From the NCBI GenBank assembly GCA_964507765.1, contig CAZDQI010000002.1, forward strand, positions 1-25,901: a stretch of DNA of 25,901 nt, given 5' to 3'. The translations under genes were made by a program, and so were the position numbers. The DNA is from an uncultured Candidatus Saccharibacteria bacterium (GTDB taxonomy: Bacteria > Patescibacteriota > Minisyncoccia > UBA6257 > JAKLIH01). The notes beneath the pieces are model-generated. The model made no database searches and was not told the origin of the DNA. It saw only the letters and a list, made by a program, of their open reading frames with translations. This document shows, piece by piece, positions 9,994 through 20,551 of the stretch (positions within the stretch are counted from its first letter, which is position 1; each line of letters opens with the position of its first letter).

Positions 9994-10016
9994 TTTAATA
10001 AATTTAATACGCTAAA

Positions 10017-10658
10017 TTATTTTTCTTCGTCTTCTTGAGTTTTAGCTTCGACTTTTATGTTATTTTTTTCGTTTTCTAGATTGTAAATGTGTGCAATTTG
10101 TTTCAAACCTTCAATTGTAGCTTTACCATTATTGATTGCACTATGAGAACCACTTAATATTTTACAGGTAACATTTTTAATTCCAGCTAATATCATTATA
10201 TTACGAACAACACCGCCAGCAATAACTCCTTTACCTTCTTTAGCAGGTTTAATTAAGATGCGACTAGCACAGAACTTACCTTCAGCTTTAAATGGAACAG
10301 TATCATTAATAACAGGAACAGTAACAATATTTTTCATAGCTTCTTTTTTAGCCTTATCAATAGCTTTAGGAACGTCAACACCTTTGGCTGTACCAATAGC
10401 AATTTTACCTTTTTTATTACCAAGAAGCATGGTAACACTAAAGCTCATATGTTTACCCCCAGCGGTAACACGAGTGACACGTCTAATATCAGCAATTAAT
10501 TGATCAAAATCACTATTCTTTTTAATAGAGCTATTTTCAGAAGAAGATCTTCTGTTGTCTCTTCTGTTTCTTTCAAAAGGCTTTTTAGAACCAAAATTAT
10601 CTTTTCTAATACCCTTTTTAACAGCATCGTTTGTTTTAATATTATCGTTTGTCTTCAT
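10017..10658 (-). CDS. rpsE: 30S ribosomal protein S5 with basic N-terminal extension
   Basis: RRVTRVTAGGKHMSF, GVIAGGVVR. Confidence 0.96.
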   Translation of the reverse strand: MKTNDNIKTNDAVKKGIRKDNFGSKKPFERNRRDNRRSSSENSSIKKNSDFDQLIADIRRVTRVTAGGKHMSFSVTMLLGNKKGKIAIGTAKGVDVPKAIDKAKKEAMKNIVTVPVINDTVPFKAEGKFCASRILIKPAKEGKGVIAGGVVRNIMILAGIKNVTCKILSGSHSAINNGKATIEGLKQIAHIYNLENEKNNIKVEAKTQEDEEK

Positions 10659-10660
10659 AA

Positions 10661-11020
10661 TTAAAATTTAATTCCTAATTTACGCAATTCGTCGGCTAAA
10701 ACTTTTATACGACCATGATATTTAAATCCGCCACGATCAAAAACTATTTCATTAATTTTTTTATCCTTTAGCTTTTCACCTAATTTTTGAGCAACTAAGA
10801 TACTTTTAGCTAATTTTTTATCTTTAACATCTTTTAATTCTAAATCAGAGGCAGAAACTAATGTTTTTTGTTGTTCATCATCAATAGCTTGAGCGTAAAT
10901 ATGATTATTAGATTTGAATATGGATAAACGAGGTTTACTGCTTGTACCAGAAACTTTTGATCTAATGCGTTTATGAACTCTTGTTCTTTTTTCTTTTGTT
11001 ATTTTTGCTGTATTTTGCAT
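10661..11020 (-). CDS. rplR: 50S ribosomal protein L18
   Basis: PRLSIFKSNNHIYAQ, VFDRGGFKYHGRI. Confidence 0.96.
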   Translation of the reverse strand: MQNTAKITKEKRTRVHKRIRSKVSGTSSKPRLSIFKSNNHIYAQAIDDEQQKTLVSASDLELKDVKDKKLAKSILVAQKLGEKLKDKKINEIVFDRGGFKYHGRIKVLADELRKLGIKF

Positions 11021-11052
11021 AATAGATTTATTAAAATATTTAATTTAATATT

Positions 11053-11598
11053 TTAGGCTGCTTTTTTACCACTCTTTTTAACGACTCTTTCATCTTGATA
11101 TCTAATACCTTTCATTGAATATGGGTTTGTTTTTCTTTGAATACGTACTAAAGCAGAAAAATCGCCAACTGATTTTTTAGATATACCGGAAATGCTAATA
11201 ATAGTTTTATCAACTGTTACTGTTAAATCGGTAGGAATTTCTAAATCAACTGGATGAGAATAACCAACATTTAAAACAAGGATATTTCCTTTGACTTCAG
11301 CTTTATACCCAATACCTTCAATAATTAAGCGCTTTTCAAAACCAGCAGATACACCAATAATACAATTATTAATAAGAGCTCTTTCTGTTCCTCAGATAGC
11401 AAAAAATTCACGACCTTCTTTTCGTGGTTTTAATATAATTTCTTTATCATCTTGCTTTATTTCAATCAAAACATCATTACTAATAGTATGAGTTAATGTT
11501 CCTTTTTGACCGGTAAAGGTTAAAAGTTTTTTACTTTCGTCAAATTCAACTTTGACATCATCTAGTATTTTTATTGGTTGTTTGCCTATTTTGGACAT
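11053..11598 (-). CDS. rplF: 50S ribosomal protein L6, 181 aa (1 TGA=Trp)
   Basis: MSKIGKQPI, AI[TGA]GTERALI (11392), GIGYKA, VGYSHP, PY..KGIRY. Confidence 0.95.
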
Positions 11599-11608
11599 AT
11601 TAAAAAGT

Positions 11609-12001
11609 TTAAAATATTTCAAATAATACTTCTCCGCCAAGTCGTTGTTTTTTAGCTACTTTAGCTGGCATAATGCCTTTAGGTGTAGATAAAACAACAG
11701 TAGATTGAGTTTTAGTATGAATCTCAGGATATTTAATATAAACTCTTTTACTTGGTTTTGAAATGCGTTTAACGTCTTGTACGTATGATACATCGTTTTT
11801 ACCATACTTAAGTACGACTTCAATAAAAGATTTTTTATCTTTAGCAGAAATAGAAAAATCGCTAACATAACCTTCTTTTTTCAAAACTTTTAAAATTTCT
11901 ATTTTAACCTTAGAAGAAGGTAAAATAATTTTTTCTTTCCCAACACGTACAGCATTCTTAATGCGAATTAACATGTCGCTAATTGGATCACAAATAGTCA
12001 T
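11609..12001 (-). CDS. rpsH: 30S ribosomal protein S8
   Basis: DPISDMLIRIKNA, RISKPSKRVY, LSTPKGI, GGEVL. Confidence 0.96.
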   Translation of the reverse strand: MTICDPISDMLIRIKNAVRVGKEKIILPSSKVKIEILKVLKKEGYVSDFSISAKDKKSFIEVVLKYGKNDVSYVQDVKRISKPSKRVYIKYPEIHTKTQSTVVLSTPKGIMPAKVAKKQRLGGEVLFEIF

Positions 12002-12024
12002 AATATATATTTATTTTAAGTTAA

Positions 12025-12210
12025 TTATCAACTTGATTTTTTAACCCCTGGTATTTCACCTTTAGAAGCTAATTCGCGAAAACAAATACGGCATAGACCG
12101 AAGTCTCTCATATAGCCTCTTTTTCGACCACAGTTAAAACAGCGATTTACTTTTCTAGACTTGAATTTTGGTGTTTTTTTAGCTCTTGCAATTGTAGATT
12201 TTTTTGCCAT
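12025..12210 (-). CDS. rpsN: 30S ribosomal protein S14 type Z (Zn-binding), 61 aa; ends TGA(Trp)-TAA
   Basis: C-x2-C...C-x2-C; C-terminus GVKKSS-TGA-TAA matches the conserved terminal SW. Confidence 0.96.
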
Positions 12211-12247
12211 GAATATAAATTTAAGTAAATTTAATTTTCAAATTTAA

Positions 12248-12823
12248 TTATTTTTTTGAAGGAGTAATTGGTTTTAGTGGAAAACCTAAAGCTTCAAACA
12301 ATTTAATCGACTTTTCTTTTGAATCAGTGTTAGTAACAAAATTAATTTCTATACCAAATCCGGCTTTAATAACATCATATGATAATTCAGGAAAAGCATT
12401 CATTTCTTTAATACCAATAGTTAAGTTACCAGTTTTGTCAAAATTCTTACGATCAACGCCTCAAAAATCACGAGTACGAGGAAAAACAATATTAACAAGT
12501 CTATCAATAAAATCTGCCATCTTTTTGCCACGTAAAGTTACGCTTAATCCAATAATACTTCCTTCTCTTAATTTAAAACCAGCAATTGATTTTTTAGCCT
12601 TACAAATTTTTGGTTTTTGACCAGTAATACGAGCTAATTTCTCACTAAAATCTTGGACCATATTATCGCTATTTCCATCAGTTCTAGCTAATATTTTGCC
12701 AATACCTGAATTAATACAAACTTTAGTTATTTTAGGAATGGCCAATTCATTGTCTTGGTTAAATTCTTTTTTGAAAGCTTGCTTAGCTTTATTTGTATAA
12801 TTATCAGTATATGATATTTTCAT
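12248..12823 (-). CDS. rplE: 50S ribosomal protein L5, 191 aa (1 TGA)
   Basis: ITGQKP, SIAGFKLREG, VTLRG, PRTRDF[TGA]G (12461), FD.TGNLTIGIKE, FPE, LGFP. Confidence 0.95.
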
Positions 12824-12827
12824 AATA

Positions 12828-13154
12828 TTAATCTAATTTCTTATTACATTTTTTGCAAACTCGATATTTTTTCCCTTTTTCTATGGTATAGCCAATACGA
12901 GTTGGTTTATTACAATGATGACAAATAATAGTAACATTAGAAGCATTAACTGGCTTAGGAATTTCGATAATTTGACCAACCTCACCTTCTTTTCTAGGTT
13001 TTTTATGTTTTTTACAAAGATTTAAACCTTCGATAAGAACTTTGTTGATCTCAGGAAAAACTTTAATAACTTTACCAGTTTTAGATTTGTCTTTACCTTT
13101 AAGAATAACAACTTTATCGTTTTTCTTTATTTTTAAATTTGTTTTAGTTTCCAT
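12828..13154 (-). CDS. rplX: 50S ribosomal protein L24
   Basis: KIKKNDKVVILKGKDK, VLIEGLN, SNV. Confidence 0.95.
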   Translation of the reverse strand: METKTNLKIKKNDKVVILKGKDKSKTGKVIKVFPEINKVLIEGLNLCKKHKKPRKEGEVGQIIEIPKPVNASNVTIICHHCNKPTRIGYTIEKGKKYRVCKKCNKKLD

Positions 13155-13164
13155 AATTATTGTT

Positions 13165-13533
13165 TTAAACTAATTCAGGCCCTAATTCAATAATTTTATT
13201 ATACCCCATATCTTTGATTTCACGAGGAATAGGACCAAAAATACGAGTACCGACCGGCTCTTTCTTATCATTGATAATAACAACAGCGTTATCATCAAAA
13301 CTTATATATGTACCGTTTTTTCTTTTATAGTTACGGCGTTGACGTACAATAACCGCCTTAACAACATCTTTTTTCTTGACAGTTTTTCTTGGTTTAGCTG
13401 TTTGAACAGAGGCAACAATAATATCACCTAACTGGCCATAACGACGTCAGTGTCCGCCTTTTACTTGAATACAGCGAATTGTTTGAGCACCACTGTTGTC
13501 AGCTACTTTTAATATTGAACGAAGTTGTATCAT
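13165..13533 (-). CDS. rplN: 50S ribosomal protein L14, 122 aa (1 TGA; missing from the ORF track)
   Basis: [19 protein letters not shown][TGA]RRY (13447), [18 protein letters not shown]. Confidence 0.95.
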
Positions 13534-13558
13534 AATAACAAATTAAGTAATTAAGTTA

Positions 13559-13587
13559 ATTATACACTAAAAAATATATATTTTCAA
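13559..13587 (-). promoter_or_regulatory. spc-operon promoter upstream of rplN
   Basis: TTGAAA (13582-13587), 17 bp, TG-n-TATAAT (13559-13564); same position as the E. coli P-spc. Confidence 0.7.
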
Positions 13588-13595
13588 GGGTTAGA

Positions 13596-13847
13596 TTATT
13601 TAAGTTTTTCAACAATAATTCAGGATTTATCTTTAGAAATAGGTCTAGTTTCTTCAATAATAACCTTGTCGCCTGGTTGAAATTTATTATCAGGATTATG
13701 AGCTTTATATCGTTTAGATGTCTTGTAGTATTTATGATATAAAGGATGTTGTTTTAGTCTGGTTACTTCAACTACAGCAGTAAGAGCCATCTTAGCTGAT
13801 GTAATCACCCCGCTTAGTTGTCTTTTTTGAACTTTCGAAATATTCAT
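13596..13847 (-). CDS. rpsQ: 30S ribosomal protein S17, 83 aa (1 TGA=Trp)
   Basis: HPLYHK, YKAH, GDKVIIEETRPISKDKS[TGA]II (13620). Confidence 0.95.
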
Positions 13848-13867
13848 AAAACAGATTTATATATAAA

Positions 13868-14050
13868 TTATTTTTTATTAATAATGGTTAAAATACGAGC
13901 GATAGTTTTCTTTAAATCACCAATTTCTTTGTAATTCTTTACTTTTCCAAAACGATTATTTAAAGTTAAAACATTTAGCTTTTGTTTGCTTTCGTTTAAA
14001 ATGTTAACTAGTGATTTAGTATCTTTGTTTTTTAAATCTTTGATTTTCAT
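13868..14050 (-). CDS. rpmC: 50S ribosomal protein L29
   Basis: LKKTIARILTI; position between rplP and rpsQ. Confidence 0.92.
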   Translation of the reverse strand: MKIKDLKNKDTKSLVNILNESKQKLNVLTLNNRFGKVKNYKEIGDLKKTIARILTIINKK

Positions 14051-14055
14051 AAAAT

Positions 14056-14466
14056 CTATCGTTTAATAATTTTTGTTTTAAAAGGAAGTTTGTAACCAAC
14101 TTGTTTTAAAGCAACCATAGCGTCTGATTCAGCAATACCATCTAACTCGAAAATGATACGTCCAGGTTTAACTTGAAAAGCATAATGATCAACATCTCCT
14201 TTGCCTCCACCCATACGTTTTTCAGGTGGACGTTTTGATATTGGTTTATCAGGAAAAACGCGAATTCATATTTTACCACCCTTACGAATAAAACGAAGTA
14301 AAACACGACGAGCTGATTCTATTTGGCGACTATTTATTCTTTTGTTTTCTAAACTACAAACACCAAATTGACCGTATTCAAGTGAAACTCCGCGACTTTC
14401 AAAATCACGTTTAAGCCTTCTACCTTTTTGCGCTTTTCGATGTTTTGTTCTTTTTGGAGTTAGCAT
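14056..14466 (-). CDS. rplP: 50S ribosomal protein L16, 136 aa (1 TGA=Trp)
   Basis: MLTPKRTKHRK, QIESARR, GKI[TGA]IRVFPDKP (14266), RMGGGKG; TAG stop. Confidence 0.96.
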
Positions 14467-14519
14467 ATTGTATTATTTACTAAGATAATTAATTTTACTA
14501 ATTTAAATTTAATTTGACC

Positions 14520-15194
14520 TTATTTTATATTATTCTTAAAAGCTTCACCTTTATATATTCAGACTTTGATTCCAATCTTACCATAAGTACAGCGAGTATA
14601 AACAGTTCCATAATCAATTACAGCTCTAAGAGTATTTAACGGTAATTTACCTTCTTTAACCCAGTCAGAACGAGCAATATCAGCACCGTCTAAACGACCA
14701 GTAACATATATTTTTGCTCCTTTAACTTCACGGTTAGACATAATACGTTCAAGATATTTTTTAATAGTTCTTCTGTAAGGAAGCCTTCTTTCAATATCAT
14801 CACGAATATCAAAGGCAACAATTTGAGCAGATAAAAATGGCTTTTTAACTTCTTCGATATTAATACTAATACTGTATTTGTCAGAAATTTTATTTTTTCT
14901 TCTAAACTTGTTTAAACTTTTTTCAAGTGATTTTTTAATATCATCTAAACCTTCACCTTTGTGTTTAATAATCATACCAGGTTTAGAAGTAAAAATTACA
15001 ACGTTAATTCGATCACCTTTGCGTTCAATTTCAACGGTTTGATAATGAGCTTTTTCAAGCAACTTATCAAGATCGCGTCTAATTAATTGATCTTCAGCTA
15101 ATTTTCAAGGAAAATTATCTAAATCAAATCAACGTGATGTTCAGTTTTTGTTTATGCCTAATCTTTTAATTGTTGGATTGATATGTTGAGCCAT
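14520..15194 (-). CDS. rpsC: 30S ribosomal protein S3, 224 aa (4 TGA=Trp)
   Basis: RLGINKN[TGA]TSR[TGA]F, GRLDGADIARS, PLNTLRA.IDY, GIKV[TGA]IYKGE; TGA at 15141, 15129, 15105 and 14559. Confidence 0.96.
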
Positions 15195-15211
15195 AATTCT
15201 AATTAAATATA

Positions 15212-15712
15212 TTAATTAATTACTTTTCTTTGAATAATGTTTTTATTTTGACCTTTTTGCGCTTTAACGTGGGTTTTTTCTTTTCTTTGAATTTGATTTT
15301 TATCTTTGTTTATTGTTCTCTTTTTTGTTTTACTTTTACTTTCAATGTCTTTAATATCAATTTTCTTTAATTTCTTTTCATCAACTGGTTTTAATGTCAT
15401 GACAACATGACAAGAGCGATGACGGATCAAATAAGCTGATCCTCTAGCTCTAGGTCTGGTTCTTTTAAGGGTTGGACCATCAGTAACATTGATTTTTGAA
15501 ATATATAAGTCTTTAGGATCGATTTGGTGATTGTGAATAGCATTAGCTTTAGCTGATTTTAATAACTTCAAAATATCAACTCCAGATCTCTTAGGAGAAT
15601 ATTTTAGCTGACGCTCAGCTTGTTCAATACTTAAACCTTTAATTAAACGAGTAACTAATCTGACTTTTCGAGGAGCTATTCTTAGGTATTTTAATGAAGA
15701 TATTATTTCCAT
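15212..15712 (-). CDS. rplV: 50S ribosomal protein L22 with basic C-terminal extension
   Basis: LRIAPRKVRLV, KSAKANA, LKRTRPRARG. Confidence 0.96.
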   Translation of the reverse strand: MEIISSLKYLRIAPRKVRLVTRLIKGLSIEQAERQLKYSPKRSGVDILKLLKSAKANAIHNHQIDPKDLYISKINVTDGPTLKRTRPRARGSAYLIRHRSCHVVMTLKPVDEKKLKKIDIKDIESKSKTKKRTINKDKNQIQRKEKTHVKAQKGQNKNIIQRKVIN

Positions 15713-15739
15713 AGCAAAAAATTATTAATATTAATATAA

Positions 15740-16027
15740 TTATTTTTTTCCTTTTTCAGCTGCTTTTTGAAGCTTACCACCGTGTTTAACAAATTTGCGA
15801 GTTGGTGCAAATTCACCTAAACGATGACCTACCATTTCTTCAACAACTTTAACTTCAATAAAGTTTTTGCCGTTGTGAACATTGAAGACAAAGCCAATCA
15901 TTTCTGGAGATATAGTTGAAGCACGAGCTCATGTTTTTATCGGATCTTTGTCACCAGGTGTTTTTTTAGCAACTTTTTGCATTAATTTTTCATCAATGTA
16001 TGGACCTTTTTTTAGTGAACGAGACAT
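15740..16027 (-). CDS. rpsS: 30S ribosomal protein S19, 95 aa (1 TGA=Trp; missing from the ORF track)
   Basis: [13 protein letters not shown][TGA]ARAS (15929), [18 protein letters not shown]. Confidence 0.96.
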
Positions 16028-16052
16028 AATGTATTATTAAATAATTTATTAA

Positions 16053-16892
16053 TTATTTTTTAGTTTTTTTAGTTTTACGACGAGAAACAATAAATTTATT
16101 TGAATATTTATTTACTTTTCTTGTTTTACGACCGCCAGTAACATTTCCTCATTTATCTTTAGGTCTTTTAGTACCACGGGAATGTTTACCTTTACCACCA
16201 CCATAAGGATGATCACAAGCATTCATAGCACTACCACGAACAGTAGGACGAATACCTTTATGTCGATTGCGACCAGCTTTACCAACATTAATTAAATTGT
16301 GTTCATTGTTGGATGTGGTACCAATAGTAGCAAAACAATTTTTTGAAACTTTTCTAACTTCAGTTGAAGGCATTTTAAGATAAGCATAGTTACCTTCTAA
16401 ACCAATCATGGTTAAATAAGAACCAGCACTGCGTGCAAGCTTACCTCCTTGTTCTGGTCTTAATTCAACATTGTGAACTTGAGTACCACTTGGAATGCTA
16501 TATAACTTAACACGGTTACCAATTTTGAATGGAGCAGTATCATCACAAACAATAGAGTCACCTGCCTTCAAACCAGCAGTAGCGATTGTATAGGCTCTAG
16601 CTCCATTTCTAAATAAAACTAAAGCAATAAAGGCAGTGCGATATGGATCATATTCAATTGATTCAATTTTAGCTGGGATACCTTTATGAATTTGACCAAA
16701 TTCAACTAAACGATAATTCTTTTTTACAGCTCCGCCTTTGTGTCGCATTGATATTTTACCTTGACTATCTCTGCCTTGAGCAGGCTTGTAGCCTTTAACT
16801 AAAGGTTTGTATGGTTCTTTTTTTGAAAGAATCGTACGATCAATATCAATGTGATGTCTTTTAGTTGGTGTTGTAGGATTAAATTTTTTCAT
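16053..16892 (-). CDS. rplB: 50S ribosomal protein L2, 279 aa (1 TGA=Trp)
   Basis: IEYDPYRTAFIAL, ARSAG, RPTVRGSAMNACDHPYGGG, PKDK[TGA]G (16149). Confidence 0.96.
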
Positions 16893-16893
16893 A

Positions 16894-17280
16894 TTATATA
16901 GCTAAATCAATTTTATAACCTGGTTTAAGAGTAACAATGGCTTTTTTATAACCACCTTTACGAGATTTTGGTTTAATATAGCCAAGTCTCTTAGGACTAA
17001 CAGTTAAGAATATAACATTAACTTTATCAACTTTTACTTTATAGGTATTTTCAACTAGATGTTTTATCATAACTTTATTCATCCTTTTCAAAACTAAGAA
17101 AACATATTTATTTTGAGTAGATAAATCATTAGTTTTTTCAGTAATATATGGTTGCAAATATGTATCAAATTTTAAATTTGAAAGATCAACATCTTTAACA
17201 TCAACTTTTTGTGTATTTTCTACTACTGTTTCTTTTGATTTTTCTTCTTTTTTTGTTTTTTTACCAAATAGAGGTGACAT
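16894..17280 (-). CDS. rplW: 50S ribosomal protein L23 with N-terminal extension
   Basis: PYITEK, NKYVF, VDKVN, KKAIVTL; position between rplD and rplB. Confidence 0.92.
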   Translation of the reverse strand: MSPLFGKKTKKEEKSKETVVENTQKVDVKDVDLSNLKFDTYLQPYITEKTNDLSTQNKYVFLVLKRMNKVMIKHLVENTYKVKVDKVNVIFLTVSPKRLGYIKPKSRKGGYKKAIVTLKPGYKIDLAI

Positions 17281-17289
17281 AAAATTGTT

Positions 17290-17937
17290 TTAATCTTTTT
17301 TAAATGTTTTTGATATATTCTCAATTGAATCTTTTAAAATGATAACATATTTGTAATTCAATAAAGTAACTAAGTCAATTGAATTGTCAACAGTTGTAAA
17401 AACGAAAGGAATATTACGAGAAGCGCGAATAATGCTTTTGTTGCCATTATCAACAATGATATAGGCTAAGCTGTTATTCTTTTTCTTGATATCAACAAAA
17501 TTACTCATAACGTTGCTCATTTCTTTGGTTTTGTCTTCCTTTAAATCTATTTTGTCGATAATAACCAATTCATTATCTTTTATCTTTGCACTTAAGACCA
17601 TAGCTAATGCTTTCTGTTTCATCTTTTTATTGATTGCTCTTTTAAAATTAGCTTCATTTTGTCTAGGCCCAAAAGTAACACCACCATGTCTTCAAAGAGG
17701 TGATCTATTTGATCCAACTCTAGCTCTACCTGTGCCTTTCTGTCTTCATGGTTTTTTACCACCACCGGATACCTCTGATCTATCTTTGGTACAAGCTAAA
17801 GGTTGGCGACGGTTACTTAACATTGAAGTATAGACTTGATGAACTGTGTCAGGATTGAACTTTACATTAAAAATACTATCATTAAGTTCAATTTGTTCAA
17901 TTACTTCGTTTTTTTGATTTTTAACATCTAATTTCAT
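17290..17937 (-). CDS. rplD: 50S ribosomal protein L4, 215 aa (2 TGA=Trp)
   Basis: TKDRSEVSGGGKKP[TGA]RQKGTGRAR.GS.RSPL[TGA]RHGGVTFGP; TGA at 17746 and 17692. Confidence 0.97.
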
Positions 17938-17942
17938 AATAT

Positions 17943-18563
17943 TTATTTAGAAATAATTTTAAGAAGAGTTTTGTTTCTACCAGGAATTGAACCTCTGAAA
18001 AATATTAAATTGTTTTCTTTGTCAACTTTTACAATTTTAACATTTACCATAGAATATGTTTTTCCGCCAGTTCTTCCTGCCATTTTCTTTCCTTTAGCGA
18101 CTCTTTGAATACCAGTGTCTCCAATTGAACCTGGTTCTCTTAAAGCATGTTTAGTACCGTGAGTTTTAGAAGCACCATGGAAATGATGTCTTTTAACTAC
18201 ACCTTGAAAACCTTTAGCTTTGGTAACACCTTGAACTTGAACAGCATCTCCTTCTTGAAAAATATCAACTGTTATTTCATCACCAACATTAAACTTGGAA
18301 GGATCTTCAACTCTAAATTCACGAATATATCTAAAGGTTTGGGCTTTTTCTCCTAATAATTTTTTCAATGCAGATATAACCGATTTTGATAATCTTCTTC
18401 TGGATTGAAAACCACAAACAATGGCATTATACCCTTCTTTTTCTTCGGTTTTAATTTGAATGACAGTCATAGGACCAGCTTCAACAACAGTTACAGGAAT
18501 AGCTCCGACTGTTTCGTCTGGCAATTGTGTCATTTTTATTTTTTCGGCTAATATGAAAGACAT
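17943..18563 (-). CDS. rplC: 50S ribosomal protein L3
   Basis: PVTV, KAKGFQGVVKRH, HG.KH..REPGSIG, GKKMAGR. Confidence 0.96.
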   Translation of the reverse strand: MSFILAEKIKMTQLPDETVGAIPVTVVEAGPMTVIQIKTEEKEGYNAIVCGFQSRRRLSKSVISALKKLLGEKAQTFRYIREFRVEDPSKFNVGDEITVDIFQEGDAVQVQGVTKAKGFQGVVKRHHFHGASKTHGTKHALREPGSIGDTGIQRVAKGKKMAGRTGGKTYSMVNVKIVKVDKENNLIFFRGSIPGRNKTLLKIISK

Positions 18564-18610
18564 GATCTTAAAAGTTTAATGTATTAAAAAATTTTTAAAA
18601 GGCTCGTCAT

Positions 18611-18633
18611 CAAAAAACTGAGAAAACTCAGTT
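18611..18633 (-). terminator. Terminator-like hairpin between rpsJ and rplC
   Basis: AACTGAG/CTCAGTT 7-bp stem, 4-nt loop, T run on the minus strand; the stem is weak. Confidence 0.35.
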
Positions 18634-18642
18634 CTTTGAATA

Positions 18643-18966
18643 TTAAGTCTTGATTTCAGCTTCAACTCCAGCAGGTAAATTAAGGTTTGTCAAAGATTCT
18701 ATAGTTTTGCTATTAGAATTTAAAACATCAATCAATCTTTTATGAACTCGAATCTCAAATTGTTCTTGTGATTTCTTCTTAATAAAGGTTGCACGATTAA
18801 CTGAATATTTCTTTTTTTCTGTTGGAAGCAATATAGGGCCAACCACATTAGCACCACTACGCAAAGCAATATCAATAATTTGCTTGCAGGAATTATCAAC
18901 CAAGTGGTGATCATATGATTTTAATCTAATTCTAATTTTAGTTTTATTTAAGGTACTGTTAGTCAT
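18643..18966 (-). CDS. rpsJ: 30S ribosomal protein S10
   Basis: [36 protein letters not shown]. Confidence 0.97.
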   Translation of the reverse strand: MTNSTLNKTKIRIRLKSYDHHLVDNSCKQIIDIALRSGANVVGPILLPTEKKKYSVNRATFIKKKSQEQFEIRVHKRLIDVLNSNSKTIESLTNLNLPAGVEAEIKT

Positions 18967-18975
18967 TATTTAAGT

Positions 18976-20175
18976 TTAGGCAATAATTTTTGTTACAACA
19001 CCAGCGCCAATAGTTTTACCTCCTTCACGGATAGCAAATCTTTGTTTTTCTTCCAAAGCAACTGGAGCGATTAATTTGATCTTAAAGGTTGCTGTATCGC
19101 CAGGCATAACCATTTGGACGCCTTCGGCTAAAGTAACATCACCTGTAACATCAGCGGTACGAATGAAGAATTGTGGTTTGTAACCAGAGAAGAATGGAGT
19201 ATGTCTACCACCTTCATCTTGAGACAAAACAAAAACTTCAGCTTCAAATTCAGTATGTGGTGTAAGTGATCCTGGTTTAGCAATAACTTGACCACGTCTA
19301 ATATTTTCTTTTTTAATACCACGTAATAATAAACCAACATTATCACCAGCTTGAGCATCTTCCATACTCTTGTTGAACATTTCAACACCAGTAACAACGG
19401 TTTTAGTTGTTGGTTCATAACCAACAATATCAGCTTCATCATTAACTTTTACCATACCTCTTTCAATTCTACCAGTAACAACGGTACCACGGCCTTCAAT
19501 AGTAAAGATATCTTCAATTGGCATAACAAATGGTTTGTCGGTATCACGTTCTGGAGTTGGGAAATATGAATCAATAGCATCTAATAATTTAACAACAGCT
19601 TGAACATGTTCATCTTCAAAAGATGTTGCTTCAGTAGCTTTTAAGGCAGATCCACGAACTATAGGGATTTCATCGCCTGGGAATTCATATTTTGTTAATA
19701 AATCACGGATTTCTGCTTCAACTAAATCGATTAATTCAGGATCAGAAACCATATCTGTTTTATTTAAGAAAACAACTAATGCTGGAACACCAACTTGACG
19801 AGCAAGAAGAATGTGTTCTCTGGTTTGAGGCATAGGGCCATCAGCAGCTGAAACAACTAAGATAGCACCATCCATTTGAGCTGAACCAGTAATCATGTTT
19901 TTAATGTAGTCAACGTGACCTGGACAGTCAATATGAGCATAGTGACGATTGTCTGTTTCATATTCTGAGTGATGAACATTAATAGTAATACCACGAGCTT
20001 TTTCCTCTGGAGCTTTATCAATTTCATCAACATTAGATGATTTTTTAATTAAACCCTTTAAGAAAAGAGTATTTAAGATAGCGGCTGTCAATGTTGTTTT
20101 TCCATGATCAACGTGACCAATTGTACCAACATTCATATGTGGCTTGGAGCGCACAAATTTTTCTTTTTCTGCCAT
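18976..20175 (-). CDS. tuf: Elongation factor Tu
   Basis: [32 protein letters not shown]. Confidence 0.99.
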   Translation of the reverse strand: MAEKEKFVRSKPHMNVGTIGHVDHGKTTLTAAILNTLFLKGLIKKSSNVDEIDKAPEEKARGITINVHHSEYETDNRHYAHIDCPGHVDYIKNMITGSAQMDGAILVVSAADGPMPQTREHILLARQVGVPALVVFLNKTDMVSDPELIDLVEAEIRDLLTKYEFPGDEIPIVRGSALKATEATSFEDEHVQAVVKLLDAIDSYFPTPERDTDKPFVMPIEDIFTIEGRGTVVTGRIERGMVKVNDEADIVGYEPTTKTVVTGVEMFNKSMEDAQAGDNVGLLLRGIKKENIRRGQVIAKPGSLTPHTEFEAEVFVLSQDEGGRHTPFFSGYKPQFFIRTADVTGDVTLAEGVQMVMPGDTATFKIKLIAPVALEEKQRFAIREGGKTIGAGVVTKIIA

Positions 20176-20266
20176 AATTTTTTTTTAATATTTTTTTATA
20201 AAAATTATTAGTTGAAGCCAATTCAACCAAACTTAATAAATTTATTAAGTTTCTTAAAGCAATCAT

Positions 20267-20295
20267 ATACTATCATATAGAATAAAAATAGTCAA
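20267..20295 (-). promoter_or_regulatory. Proximal tuf/S10 promoter
   Basis: TTGACT (20290-20295), 17 bp, TG-n-TAGTAT (20267-20272). Confidence 0.65.
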
Positions 20296-20304
20296 TACCT
20301 ATTT

Positions 20305-20545
20305 ACCAACAGCCAAGAGTGTGACCTTGATAGGGATAAATACCTCCCTCTTATCAAGGAAATAGTTTAGTATTTGCTCGTCTTTCAAAAACAAACTATT
20401 TTGTTCACACTACATAGACGAGTCAAAAAGTACAACTGTCGTCAGTAATTCTGGCGACAACAAAATTCATATTTAAAATACAAATTTATGCTCTCACCTG
20501 AATAAACAAATACTTTACTATTCACACTCATTGCGGTTGTTATAT
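20305..20545 (-). ncRNA. Candidate structured ncRNA or leader, ~240-250 nt, family not recognised
   Basis: Lies downstream of a consensus promoter; 5'/3' closing helix GAGTGTGA/TCACACTC; several internal hairpins; ends are approximate. Confidence 0.45.
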
Positions 20546-20551
20546 ACTGCT

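Noticed and set aside
11101-16210. Divergent motifs in L6 (RKTNPYSMKG vs RPPEPYKGKG) and L2 (GGGKGK vs GGGEGR)
   Set aside because: Consistent with general rapid divergence; no specific interpretation is possible without alignments
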